A DNA stretch of 36,104 bases from a virus: positions 1 to 36,104 of the IMG/VR virus record IMGVR_UViG_3300031414_000061; one strand, 5' to 3'. Below are positions 24,254-31,326 of the stretch, piece after piece. A model generated the notes under the pieces. It did no database searches. It saw only the letters and a program-made list of their open reading frames with translations, and was not told the DNA's origin. Numbering within the stretch: position 1 is the first letter of the stretch; every line of letters starts with the position of its first letter. Made by a program: the position numbers and the translations under genes.

Positions 24254-25057
24254 TCATTCGTGATACGGGCAGGCGGCCCAGCGCGCGCAAAATCGCTTGT
24301 CGCATAGGGTCGACTGTGGATTCGGCGGGAACAGCCCCGCCTTGAACATCTTGGCCGCCATTTCGATCAGGCCAGGGTGCTGTTCGGTGCCGACCAGCTG
24401 GCGCTTCGCGTCGAACACTTTGCTGATGCCGACCTGTGTGGTGCTGGTGGTCTGCAGCGCCAGGATCTGGGCGCCGGCCGTCTTCTGGCCGTCCGTGTAT
24501 TCGCTCAGCATCTGATAGGTGCCCAGCTGTGCGGCGCGGCCCTTGACGCTGACGACGCCTTCGGTGATCAGGCGCCCGCCGGTCTTCAAGTCGGCGATCA
24601 CCTTGCCGGCGTCGGTGCTGGCCACCCGGGCGCGGTCCATGGTGCCGGTCAGCTGGATGGTGATGCCGTCGCCGCAATCAATCTCAAACCGTTTCAGCGG
24701 CATTTCGATCGACTCGTAGCGCATCAGCGGCGCGATCTCGGCGCAGTAGCGGGCGTGCAGGGTCAGGCCGATGCGCTCGGCGTCGCGCAGCGCCAGCTTC
24801 GGGTCTTTAAAATCCACCGCTTCGTGCGGCTCGTACAGGGTTTGCACGAACACGTCGGCGGCATCGTTGGCGCTGATCGGGTTGCCGTCCAGCTTCGCCT
24901 GGTCGAACGCGGCGGTGCTGGCGTGGATGCTGGTGCCCAGCCAGGCGCGCAGGCTGGTCGCGCGGCTCAGCTTCATCAGCTGTTCGCCTTCGAACCTGTA
25001 GGCGCAGTCGAACAGGCCGCCGAAGGAACTGGCGCGGATGGTGTAGGTTTCGTTCAT
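24254..25057 (-). CDS. PD-(D/E)XK exonuclease, Cas4/RecB-like (partner of RecT)
   Basis: Motifs GTMDRAR (D), VIADLKTG (D-x-K) and QLGTYQML (QxxxY). One N-terminal Cys (FDCAY) plus C-terminal CDKRFCARWAAC gives four Cys arranged as in Cas4/AddB-type Fe-S nucleases. Confidence 0.8.
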   Translation of the reverse strand: MNETYTIRASSFGGLFDCAYRFEGEQLMKLSRATSLRAWLGTSIHASTAAFDQAKLDGNPISANDAADVFVQTLYEPHEAVDFKDPKLALRDAERIGLTLHARYCAEIAPLMRYESIEMPLKRFEIDCGDGITIQLTGTMDRARVASTDAGKVIADLKTGGRLITEGVVSVKGRAAQLGTYQMLSEYTDGQKTAGAQILALQTTSTTQVGISKVFDAKRQLVGTEQHPGLIEMAAKMFKAGLFPPNPQSTLCDKRFCARWAACPYHE

Positions 25058-25374
25058 GCCTCACCACCGGCTTTGAGGATCAGGTCGCGAATGTCTGGGC
25101 CAGAGGGCCAGCCGCCATATCCGAATTCAGCAGCATAGATTTCCTGCAGCATGGCCAGCAGGTCGGGCGCGGTGGCCAGCAGCTGCGCCGTGCCCTGCAG
25201 GCGCTTGGTTGATTCGCTATCAGGCTCGGCGTCGCTCAGCTGGACTACGACGACGGCGAAGGCATAGTGGTTTGCGGCCGGCGCATCCAGCGCGACAAAG
25301 CGGCCGCCTTCTGGGGCGCCCATCAAGTCGGTCGCATCGGCGCCGACGGCATAAGGGCCAGGTAGGAATTTCAT
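25054..25374 (-). CDS. Hypothetical protein (106 aa)
   Basis: Starts MKFLPGPY at 25374. It contains ..TAQLLATAPDLLAMLQEI.., a motif common in small uncharacterised phage proteins. The stop overlaps the exonuclease start (ATGA). Confidence 0.7.
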   Translation of the reverse strand: MKFLPGPYAVGADATDLMGAPEGGRFVALDAPAANHYAFAVVVVQLSDAEPDSESTKRLQGTAQLLATAPDLLAMLQEIYAAEFGYGGWPSGPDIRDLILKAGGEA

Positions 25375-25376
25375 GG

Positions 25377-25610
25377 TTATCCAATCCTTGGGTCGAAGGG
25401 AACACCCAGCAGGGTGCACAGCAGTTCGGCGGCGCCGATCGCGGCGAAGATCCCACCGAAGAACACCAGGCAGAAGCCGACCGGGTGGTCGACCACGCGA
25501 TTAAACAGGGACCGCTGTTCCTGCTGGCGCAGGCGTGCAAGGGCGTGTTCGATCTGTTCGTCTTCGGTCAGGGTCGGCTGGAAGACCAGGGCCAGCAGGC
25601 GGCGGATCAT
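25377..25610 (-). CDS. Small membrane protein (77 aa)
   Basis: MIRRLLALVFQPTLTEDEQIEHALARLRQQEQRSLFNRVVDHPVGFCLVFFGGIFAAIGAAELLCTLLGV has one clear C-terminal TM segment. The start is ATGA-coupled. Confidence 0.6.
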   Translation of the reverse strand: MIRRLLALVFQPTLTEDEQIEHALARLRQQEQRSLFNRVVDHPVGFCLVFFGGIFAAIGAAELLCTLLGVPFDPRIG

Positions 25611-25909
25611 GTCGCGCTCCGTTCGGCCATCATCGCGTCGGCGTACTCGCCGCGCAGCAGCGCCAGGGTCGCCACAATGTCCTGAATCGTCGGCTGGCGG
25701 CTTCCGCTGCCGTGCATCTTGTGCCAGTGGTTGCGGGCGTCGGCCAGGTCGATCGGCGCATGGGCGGCGAAGTAGTCGCGCACCGTCATTCCGTGCGCCA
25801 CGACCGTGACCGGATCGGCCGGCACCAGCTTGCCGGGCTCGGCGCCGATCGGTGCCGCCAGGGTCTGGAAGGTATGCGGGAAGGCCGGCCCGTCGTCGCG
25901 GCGCGTCAT
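25607..25909 (-). CDS. Hypothetical protein (100 aa)
   Basis: MTRRDDGPAFPHTF...GMTVRDYFAAHAPI... The PAFP...GMT.RDYFAA motif recurs in small phage/prophage proteins of unknown function. The start is ATGA-coupled. Confidence 0.65.
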   Translation of the reverse strand: MTRRDDGPAFPHTFQTLAAPIGAEPGKLVPADPVTVVAHGMTVRDYFAAHAPIDLADARNHWHKMHGSGSRQPTIQDIVATLALLRGEYADAMMAERSAT

Positions 25910-26082
25910 TGGATGCCACCCATCGGCAGCGCATTGATCGGCGCGCGATTGTCCAGGCGCGCGGCCAGGTCCAGCAGCATCAGCGCGCTGGCCAGGTTCA
26001 TCAGTCGTTCGCGGCGCAAGTGGGTCGCCTGCAGCGTGGCCAGCGCATCGCCGGCTTCCGCGTTCTGTGCGGTATGGTCCAT
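25906..26082 (-). CDS. First leftward ORF (58 aa, absent from the ORF track)
   Basis: ATG 26082 has AGGGGA 5-6 nt upstream. Translation MDHTAQNAEAGDALATLQATHLRRERLMNLASALMLLDLAARLDNRAPINALPMGGIQ. High GC3. The TGA overlaps the next ATG. Confidence 0.55.
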   Translation of the reverse strand: MDHTAQNAEAGDALATLQATHLRRERLMNLASALMLLDLAARLDNRAPINALPMGGIQ

Positions 26083-26134
26083 CTAATCCCCTGTCTGTTG
26101 TCAGGAAGCACCCCACGCGCTTCCTGTGGTCAAC

Positions 26135-26164
26135 ATCTTATGTGCATCGTTTGTTGCGTGTCAA
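26135..26164 (-). promoter_or_regulatory. Candidate leftward early promoter
   Basis: Minus strand reads TTGACA-18 nt-TAAGAT (-35 = 26164..26159, -10 = 26140..26135). The GTTG..CAAC dyad overlaps the -35. Confidence 0.5.
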
Positions 26165-26198
26165 CCCATAATTTATGGCGGATCAACAAATAAATGTA

Positions 26199-26226
26199 TT
26201 GCCAGCGGCAACTTGATTACTGTAAT
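26199..26226 (+). promoter_or_regulatory. Candidate rightward early promoter
   Basis: TTGCCA (26199-26204), 16 nt, TGTAAT (26221-26226), about 48 nt upstream of the ATG at 26275. Confidence 0.5.
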
Positions 26227-26274
26227 CTGTGTTGCGGTATCGCTATAAACCTTCACCACTTGAGGAACCCCAAC

Positions 26275-26547
26275 ATGGAAAAACAAATGACCTTCACCCC
26301 GCACCCGTTGTTCGACGCCCTGCTGGCCGACATGCGCCGCCAGAAGGGCGACGCCGTGCGGATCAACGATGCGGCCCTGTGCCGTGAACTCGACGTGCTG
26401 CCGCCGACGCTCAGCAAAATGCGCAAGGGGAAGCTGCCGGTGTCGGATACCGTGCGCGTGCGCGTGATGCGTAAATTCGGCTGGTCGATCAAGCGCCTGG
26501 ACGCCCTGGTGCCGCCGGCAGCTGCCGAGGAAGGGCAGGCGCACTAA
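26275..26547 (+). CDS. HTH DNA-binding early regulator (Cro-like by position)
   Basis: 90 aa. AALCRELDVLPPTLSKMRKGKLPVSD looks like a helix-turn-helix. It is the first rightward gene next to the operators. RBS gagga. The track start 26194 lies inside the promoter region. Confidence 0.7.
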   Translation: MEKQMTFTPHPLFDALLADMRRQKGDAVRINDAALCRELDVLPPTLSKMRKGKLPVSDTVRVRVMRKFGWSIKRLDALVPPAAAEEGQAH

Positions 26548-26780
26548 TGAAGGCCGGTCAGTTGGTAATGCTCGTCGGTATCGAGGACGGCATGGACATG
26601 CTGCGGATGGGGATGGTCGGCGAGATCGTGGAAGAGTTTGATGGCGAAGACTACGGCGTCGACTTCCCCGGCATCACCTGCCCCGCCGGGCCTGAACCCT
26701 ATTTCTACGTGCCGCCGCACATGCTCATGCCGATCACGGACGGCGAAGCGCTGCGCATCGTCACCATGGAGGCCTGCTAA
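26547..26780 (+). CDS. Small acidic protein (77 aa), SH3-like/DUF4926-like pattern
   Basis: MKAGQLVMLVGIEDGMDMLRMGMVGEIVEEFDGEDYGVDFPG... has about 15 D/E and 3 K/R. TAATG coupling at both ends. Confidence 0.7.
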   Translation: MKAGQLVMLVGIEDGMDMLRMGMVGEIVEEFDGEDYGVDFPGITCPAGPEPYFYVPPHMLMPITDGEALRIVTMEAC

Positions 26781-27307
26781 TGGAAATCGTGCTGGTCAAG
26801 CAGACCGACGCCCAGCTGTCCGAAGAGGACAAGGCCGCCGTTCGTCGCTTCCTGATGGGCCACCTGTCGGGCGCCACCGACAAGGACACGAAGGCCTGGA
26901 ACAACTTCATCCGCGCCATGGATGCCGCCGGCAGCGGCGAGTTCTTCACCTTCAAGATCGAGCGCCGCCGCCAGGGCTGGTATCACCGGAAGCACATGGC
27001 CACGATCTCGGCCGTGTTCAAGGCGCAGGAACGCATTGCCGACTTCGAAGCGTTCCGCCTGTGGTTGAAGGTCGGCAGCGGGTTCGTGACCTGGATGGCA
27101 GGACCGGCCGGCGGCGTGGTGCCCATCCCCAAGTCGATCAGCTACAGCAGCTGCAGCGAAGAGGAAATGCGCGAGTTCCACGACAACGCCGTGGCTTTCC
27201 TGCTGACCGAACGCGCGTGCACCTACCTGTGGCCGAAGGTCGACCCGCACGCCGCCCAGCAGGGCATGGACGCCATTTTGTCGAAGTTCGAAAAGGATCA
27301 ATTCTGA
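26780..27307 (+). CDS. Phage protein, possibly DUF1367/YbcN-like
   Basis: 175 aa. ...RRRQGWYHRKHMATISAVF...PKSISYSSCSEEEMREFHDNAV.. resembles my recollection of DUF1367. The ybcN-ybcO-rusA-like gene order supports this. The family call needs an HMM check. Confidence 0.75.
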   Translation: MEIVLVKQTDAQLSEEDKAAVRRFLMGHLSGATDKDTKAWNNFIRAMDAAGSGEFFTFKIERRRQGWYHRKHMATISAVFKAQERIADFEAFRLWLKVGSGFVTWMAGPAGGVVPIPKSISYSSCSEEEMREFHDNAVAFLLTERACTYLWPKVDPHAAQQGMDAILSKFEKDQF

Positions 27308-27747
27308 TGAAGCGCACCCAGATGCAGCGGAAGACCCCGCTGCGCACCAAGACCCCGATGCAACGCACCGGCACGCTGCGCGCCGCCAGCGCCACCATGA
27401 AGGGCACGCGCACGCCGCGCACGCGCCTGAAGGCATCCGGCCCGAAGATGACGCCGATCCGGCGATCGGCCCGCGGCGAGGCCTGCACCATGCTGATCCC
27501 GGGCATCTGCAACGGCGACCCCAGCACGACGGTGCTGTGCCATTCGAACCGCCTGGCCGATGGGAAGGGCATGGGATTGAAGGCCCCCGACACCGAGGCC
27601 TGCTACGGGTGCAGCGCTTGCCACGACGTCCTGGACGGTCGCCGGCCGCTGCCCAGCTGGCTGACGCGCGAAGTGCTGGACAAGGCTTTCGACCGCGCGC
27701 GCGCACACACACAAAAAAAACTGAAAGAGAAGGGATTGATGGCATGA
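27307..27747 (+). CDS. YbcO/DUF1364-like putative nuclease (Cys-rich) with a basic N-terminal extension
   Basis: ARGEACTMLIPGICNGDPSTTVLCHSN...GMGLKAPDTEACYGCSACHDVLD parallels E. coli YbcO (RGRECQVRIPGVCNGNPETSVLAHIR...ACSACHDEID) as I recall it. The long N-terminal part in the track (from 26638) is spurious. Confidence 0.8.
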   Translation: MKRTQMQRKTPLRTKTPMQRTGTLRAASATMKGTRTPRTRLKASGPKMTPIRRSARGEACTMLIPGICNGDPSTTVLCHSNRLADGKGMGLKAPDTEACYGCSACHDVLDGRRPLPSWLTREVLDKAFDRARAHTQKKLKEKGLMA

Positions 27748-28232
27748 ACAAGAATGTGATCCTGGTGCTGGACTATCCGGTGTCGGCCAACGTGTATTGG
27801 CGCACGCGCGTGATTCCAGCAGCGCCTGGCCGCCCCGCCATGGCGATGACCTACGTTTCCCCAGAGGCCAAGCAATACCAGAAGAAGGTGCTGGCCGCCG
27901 CGCGCGCTGCCGGCGTGGCCGCGCCGATGGAAGGGCGGATCCAGATCGACGTGCGCCTGTACCCGAACCGGCCGCAGGACTGGCAGACCCGCCAGCGCAA
28001 GCTGGGCGCGAGCTGGGACGACGGCGTGCGCTGCATCGACCTGGACAACGCGAACAAGGTGCTGCTGGATTCGCTGAAGGGCGTCGTGTTTGTGGATGAC
28101 AACTGGCAGGTGCGCCGGCTGATCGCCGAGCGCATGGAGCCCGACGAGCATGGCGCCCGGGTGGTGGTGCGCGTGCTGGCGCTCGAGATCAAGCAGCCGC
28201 AGCTTGCGCTGCTGGCCGAAGGTGAAGCGTGA
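27744..28232 (+). CDS. rusA: RusA Holliday-junction resolvase
   Basis: LDYPVSANVYWR...RIQIDVRLYP...RCIDLDNANKVLLDSLKGVVFVDDNWQVRRL is the RusA signature (D.DN..K...D.L.g....DD..v). ATGA coupling to the upstream gene. Confidence 0.9.
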   Translation: MNKNVILVLDYPVSANVYWRTRVIPAAPGRPAMAMTYVSPEAKQYQKKVLAAARAAGVAAPMEGRIQIDVRLYPNRPQDWQTRQRKLGASWDDGVRCIDLDNANKVLLDSLKGVVFVDDNWQVRRLIAERMEPDEHGARVVVRVLALEIKQPQLALLAEGEA

Positions 28233-29083
28233 AGGCGCCGACGCGCCCGGTTCTGCGCTATCACGGCGGGAAATTCCGCCTTGCACCGTGGATCCTTTCG
28301 TTTTTCCCGGCCCACCGGATTTACTGCGAGCCGTTCGGCGGTGCCGCATCGGTTTTGCTGCTGAAGGAACGCAGCTATGCCGAGATTTACAACGACCTGG
28401 ATAATGAAGTAGTGAACCTGTTTCGGGTGCTGCGCGATCCTGCCAGCGCGGAGCAGCTGACCACGGCGATTTACCTTACCCCATTCGCTCGAGAAGAATT
28501 CCGCGCGTCCTATGGCGAGACCAGCGACCCGATCGAAATGGCCAGGCGGACGATCACCAGGTCATTCATGGGGTTTGGAACGACCACCTTGCGGCATAAC
28601 CGCACTGGCTTCCGCGCGAAGGCAAACCGACAGAACCAGCCGGCCCAGATGGACTGGACCAAGTATCCGGAACATGTAGCCAGCTTCACCGAGCGTTTGC
28701 GCGGCGTGGTTATCGAACACCGTGATGCCCTTGAGATCATCGCGCAGCAGGACGGCCCAGAGACCCTGTTCTATGTGGATCCGCCGTATCCGCATGTGAC
28801 GCGAACGGCGATCAAAAGCCACAACGATACCGCCTATAAGCATGAAATGACGGATGCCGACCACCGTGCACTGGCGGACGTGCTGCGCAGCTGCCGCGGC
28901 ATGGTGGTGCTGTCTGGCTACCCCTGCGACCTGTATGACCTTGAACTTTTCAGCAGCTGGCAGCGCTTTGAACGGGCCGCCCTGGCTGATGGTGCCCGCG
29001 AACGGACGGAAGTTGTCTGGTTGAACCAGGCATGTGTGGCCGCGCTCGAGCAGCAGCCCGAACAACAAAGGATGTTTGCATGA
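28229..29083 (+). CDS. dam: DNA adenine methyltransferase, Dam / D12 class (alpha architecture)
   Basis: LRYHGGKFRLAPWILSFFPAHRIYCEPFGGAASVLL (motif I region) and LFYVDPPY (motif IV). The GTG start overlaps the rusA stop (GTGA). Confidence 0.85.
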   Translation: MKAPTRPVLRYHGGKFRLAPWILSFFPAHRIYCEPFGGAASVLLLKERSYAEIYNDLDNEVVNLFRVLRDPASAEQLTTAIYLTPFAREEFRASYGETSDPIEMARRTITRSFMGFGTTTLRHNRTGFRAKANRQNQPAQMDWTKYPEHVASFTERLRGVVIEHRDALEIIAQQDGPETLFYVDPPYPHVTRTAIKSHNDTAYKHEMTDADHRALADVLRSCRGMVVLSGYPCDLYDLELFSSWQRFERAALADGARERTEVVWLNQACVAALEQQPEQQRMFA

Positions 29084-30051
29084 GTACCAGAATCGTAAAA
29101 ATCGGGCCCGCCACCCTGTACTGCGGCGACGCCCTGGAAATCATCCCGACCCTGCCGAAGGTCGACGCAGTCATCACCGACCCGCCCTACGGCGTGCTGG
29201 ATGAAGAATGGGACGCCATGACATTCCGCGAGCTGGCGCGCTTCACCATGGGCTGGGTCTCGCAGGTGCGCGCGAAGTCGGACGTGCTGGTGTCGTTCTT
29301 CGCCGTCGACACCCGGGCCGCGCTGGACCCGCTGCTGCAGATGGTCTATGAGGACGTGCGCCAGCTGGTCTGGAACAAGGGCGGCGGCCGCGTCGCCGAC
29401 GGCGGCCTGTTCTACTCGTTCGAACCGATCTACCTGTGCCAGCCGCCGACGAAGTGGGAAGTGGTCGAGCCGAAGACGCTGGCAGTCGCCCAGCTGATCG
29501 CCAGCGCCCGCGAGCGCGCCGGGCTGTCGCGTGGTGCCGTCGACATGCAGGTACGAGGGAAGAAAACCGGCCTGTGCTACCGCTGGGAAGAGGCGGCATG
29601 CCTGCCCACGCTCGAGCAGGCGCACAAGCTGCGCCAGATCCTGCCGCTGGGCGTCGACTTCGACCAGGCCTACGTGGCCGCGCTGCTGGCACGCGACCAG
29701 GTGATGGCCAGCGCCCGCGCCAAGACGTCGGAGAACGCTGCGCGCGGCCTGGACGTGTTCACCTACCCGCCAACGCAGGGCGGACCCGACCGCCACCCCA
29801 CCGAGAAGCCGCTGGCGCTGATGGGCGACCTGGTGCAGGTGGTCACCGACCCGGGCCAGGTGGTTCTGGATCCGTTCATGGGCCGCGGCACCACCGGCGT
29901 CGCATGCGTCCAGCTGGGCCGCCCGTTCTACGGTATCGAGCGCGACCCGGGCCACTTCGATAACGCCTGCAGGCGCATCGAACAGGCGGTGGCGCAGGGC
30001 CAGCTGTTCGCGCCCGAGCAATCGAAACAAGTACAGGAATCGCTGTTATGA
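29080..30051 (+). CDS. Second DNA methyltransferase, N6_N4_Mtase family (beta architecture) with a central insertion
   Basis: AVITDPPYG near the N-terminus (motif IV). HPTEKPLALMGDLVQVVTDPGQVVLDPFMGRGTTGVAC near the C-terminus (motif I). The ~90-aa insert contains an HTH-like stretch LIASARERAGLSRGAVDMQV. Start ATG 29080 is ATGA-coupled. Confidence 0.85.
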   Translation: MSTRIVKIGPATLYCGDALEIIPTLPKVDAVITDPPYGVLDEEWDAMTFRELARFTMGWVSQVRAKSDVLVSFFAVDTRAALDPLLQMVYEDVRQLVWNKGGGRVADGGLFYSFEPIYLCQPPTKWEVVEPKTLAVAQLIASARERAGLSRGAVDMQVRGKKTGLCYRWEEAACLPTLEQAHKLRQILPLGVDFDQAYVAALLARDQVMASARAKTSENAARGLDVFTYPPTQGGPDRHPTEKPLALMGDLVQVVTDPGQVVLDPFMGRGTTGVACVQLGRPFYGIERDPGHFDNACRRIEQAVAQGQLFAPEQSKQVQESLL

Positions 30052-30476
30052 GCAAGCCGAAGAAAAAACGAGACAAACCGTTCCGCCAGAAGCTGGTGGT
30101 GACGCCGCTGGGCCTGCACAATCGCCAGCGCATGGAATTCCCGGGCTATTCCGCATCGCTGGCGCTGGGCCAGTCGCACCTGGAAGAGCAGCACATTTAT
30201 GACCTGCTGAGCAATGCCGACATGACGCGCCGACTGGCGCCAGATGGCCACCCGGTCCTGCCGATCGCGCAGGCCATGGTGGAAGCGGTGCGCGACATTC
30301 AGGTGCGATCGCAGGAGATCGGCAAACACGTCGTAAAGGGCGACGAACTGCGGATCCTGCGCGAGGGCGTAGGCCGCACGATGGACTTCCTGCGCACGGT
30401 GCCGGCCGTGAAGGTCGCCAGGGCGGCGCAGCAGGCGCTGGACGAGTTCAACCGCACCGGCGCGCTGCGGGTATAA
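30048..30476 (+). CDS. Hypothetical protein (142 aa)
   Basis: ATGA-coupled ORF with a basic N-terminus (MSKPKKKRDKPFRQK). I recognise no family. Confidence 0.75.
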   Translation: MSKPKKKRDKPFRQKLVVTPLGLHNRQRMEFPGYSASLALGQSHLEEQHIYDLLSNADMTRRLAPDGHPVLPIAQAMVEAVRDIQVRSQEIGKHVVKGDELRILREGVGRTMDFLRTVPAVKVARAAQQALDEFNRTGALRV

Positions 30477-30492
30477 AAACAGGGGACTGAAG

Positions 30493-31326
30493 ATGAGCAT
30501 TACTTTGATGACGCTGGCATGGAAGTCAGATTTTCAATCGGGTCGGAAGATGGTGCTGCTGGCGCTGTGCGACAACGCGAGCGACGAAGGCGTGTGCTAC
30601 CCGGGCATCCCGACGCTGGCTAGGAAATGCAGCATGGGGGAGCGCACCATTCAGGGCCACATCGCCGACCTGGAAAAGCTGGGCATTGTGCGCCGTGAAT
30701 TCCGGACTGGCCGCAGCACGCTGTACCAGATCGACGGCAGCAAAATCTGCCCCCCGCAGATTCTGCACCACCCCCCCGCAGTTTTCGCACCACCCCCCCC
30801 GCAGGATCTGCACCCCCCCCCCGCAGATCTCGCACCCATAACCACCACTGAATCATCAGATGAACCACCAGATAACCCAACCCCTGGGAAAACGGCGAAA
30901 AAGCATCATGGAACTGATGACGACTACAAGGCGGCGAAGTGGATGTTCGACCTGGTGCGCAAGGTGAACCCGACCGCTCGAGCGGCGAACTTCGACGTGT
31001 GGGCCAACGAAATCCGCTTGATGCGCGAGATCGACGGCCGCACGCATGCCGAAGTGTGCGAGCTGTTCCTGTGGGCTAAAAAGGATTCCTTCTGGTGCGC
31101 GAATATCCAGTCGCCGGCCAAGCTGCGCGAGAAGTGGAACACGCTGGCCGAGCGCATGCAGCGCAACCCGCTGACCCCGAAGCCTGGCGCCCCTGCTGGC
31201 CAGCCTTCCGCCGCCAGGTCGGTCGCCGAGCAGAACGCGGCCAACAGCGCCGAGGCGAAGCGCCTGCTGTTCGGCACCCCGGCCCCTGCCGATGAAGTCG
31301 ATAATGGAGTACTTGAAAATGCGTGA
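30493..31326 (+). CDS. Replication initiator / replisome organiser (winged-helix N-domain, DnaD/O-like C-domain)
   Basis: The N-terminus KMVLLALCDNASDEGVCYPGIPTLARKCSMGERTIQGHIADLEKLGIVRRE is a typical HTH_36-type phage replication protein. A Pro-rich linker is encoded by the iterons. The C-terminus is DYKAAKWMFDLVRKVNP...WANEIRLMREIDGRT..EVCELFLWAKKDSFWCANIQSPAKLREKW. Confidence 0.75.
   Translation: MSITLMTLAWKSDFQSGRKMVLLALCDNASDEGVCYPGIPTLARKCSMGERTIQGHIADLEKLGIVRREFRTGRSTLYQIDGSKICPPQILHHPPAVFAPPPPQDLHPPPADLAPITTTESSDEPPDNPTPGKTAKKHHGTDDDYKAAKWMFDLVRKVNPTARAANFDVWANEIRLMREIDGRTHAEVCELFLWAKKDSFWCANIQSPAKLREKWNTLAERMQRNPLTPKPGAPAGQPSAARSVAEQNAANSAEAKRLLFGTPAPADEVDNGVLENA
30744..30837. repeat. 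Iteron array (candidate replication origin) inside the initiator gene
   Basis: Four units at 22-23 bp spacing: GCAGATTCTGCACCA-C7 (30756), GCAGTTTTCGCACCA-C8 (30778), GCAGGATCTGCA-C10 (30801) and GCAGATCTCGCACCC (30823). A half unit ATCTGC-C6 precedes them. Each unit has a GCAGA.TCTGC dyad. An AT-richer stretch follows at 30838-30930. Confidence 0.7.

Larger units (their letters stand above)
26083..26274. promoter_or_regulatory. Divergent early control region (back-to-back promoters plus several dyads)
   Basis: A 192-bp AT-richer gap separates the divergent operons. Dyads: CAGGAAGC-9 nt-GCTTCCTG (26102-26126), flanked by TGTTG (26096-26100) and CAACA (26131-26135); GTTGCGTGTCAAC (26153-26165); CCATAATTTATGG (26166-26178). 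Confidence 0.7.

Noticed and set aside
22983-24677. N-terminal extensions of track ORFs: 22983..24677, 26638..27747, 31627..32865, 33795..35303, 34886..35728, 18088..18828, 15968..16684, 19994..20485, 25377..25934 and 25607..26116
   Set aside because: The extended parts overlap the upstream gene in another frame and are Arg/Pro/Gly-rich nonsense. The real starts have an RBS and/or ATGA coupling, and recognisable protein sequence begins there.
30744-30837. The 22-23 bp periodic repeats as a CRISPR array or as plain low-complexity Pro-coding sequence
   Set aside because: There are no unique spacers of CRISPR length and no cas genes. The units sit inside a replication-initiator gene, have internal dyads and are followed by an AT-rich stretch, which fits iterons better.
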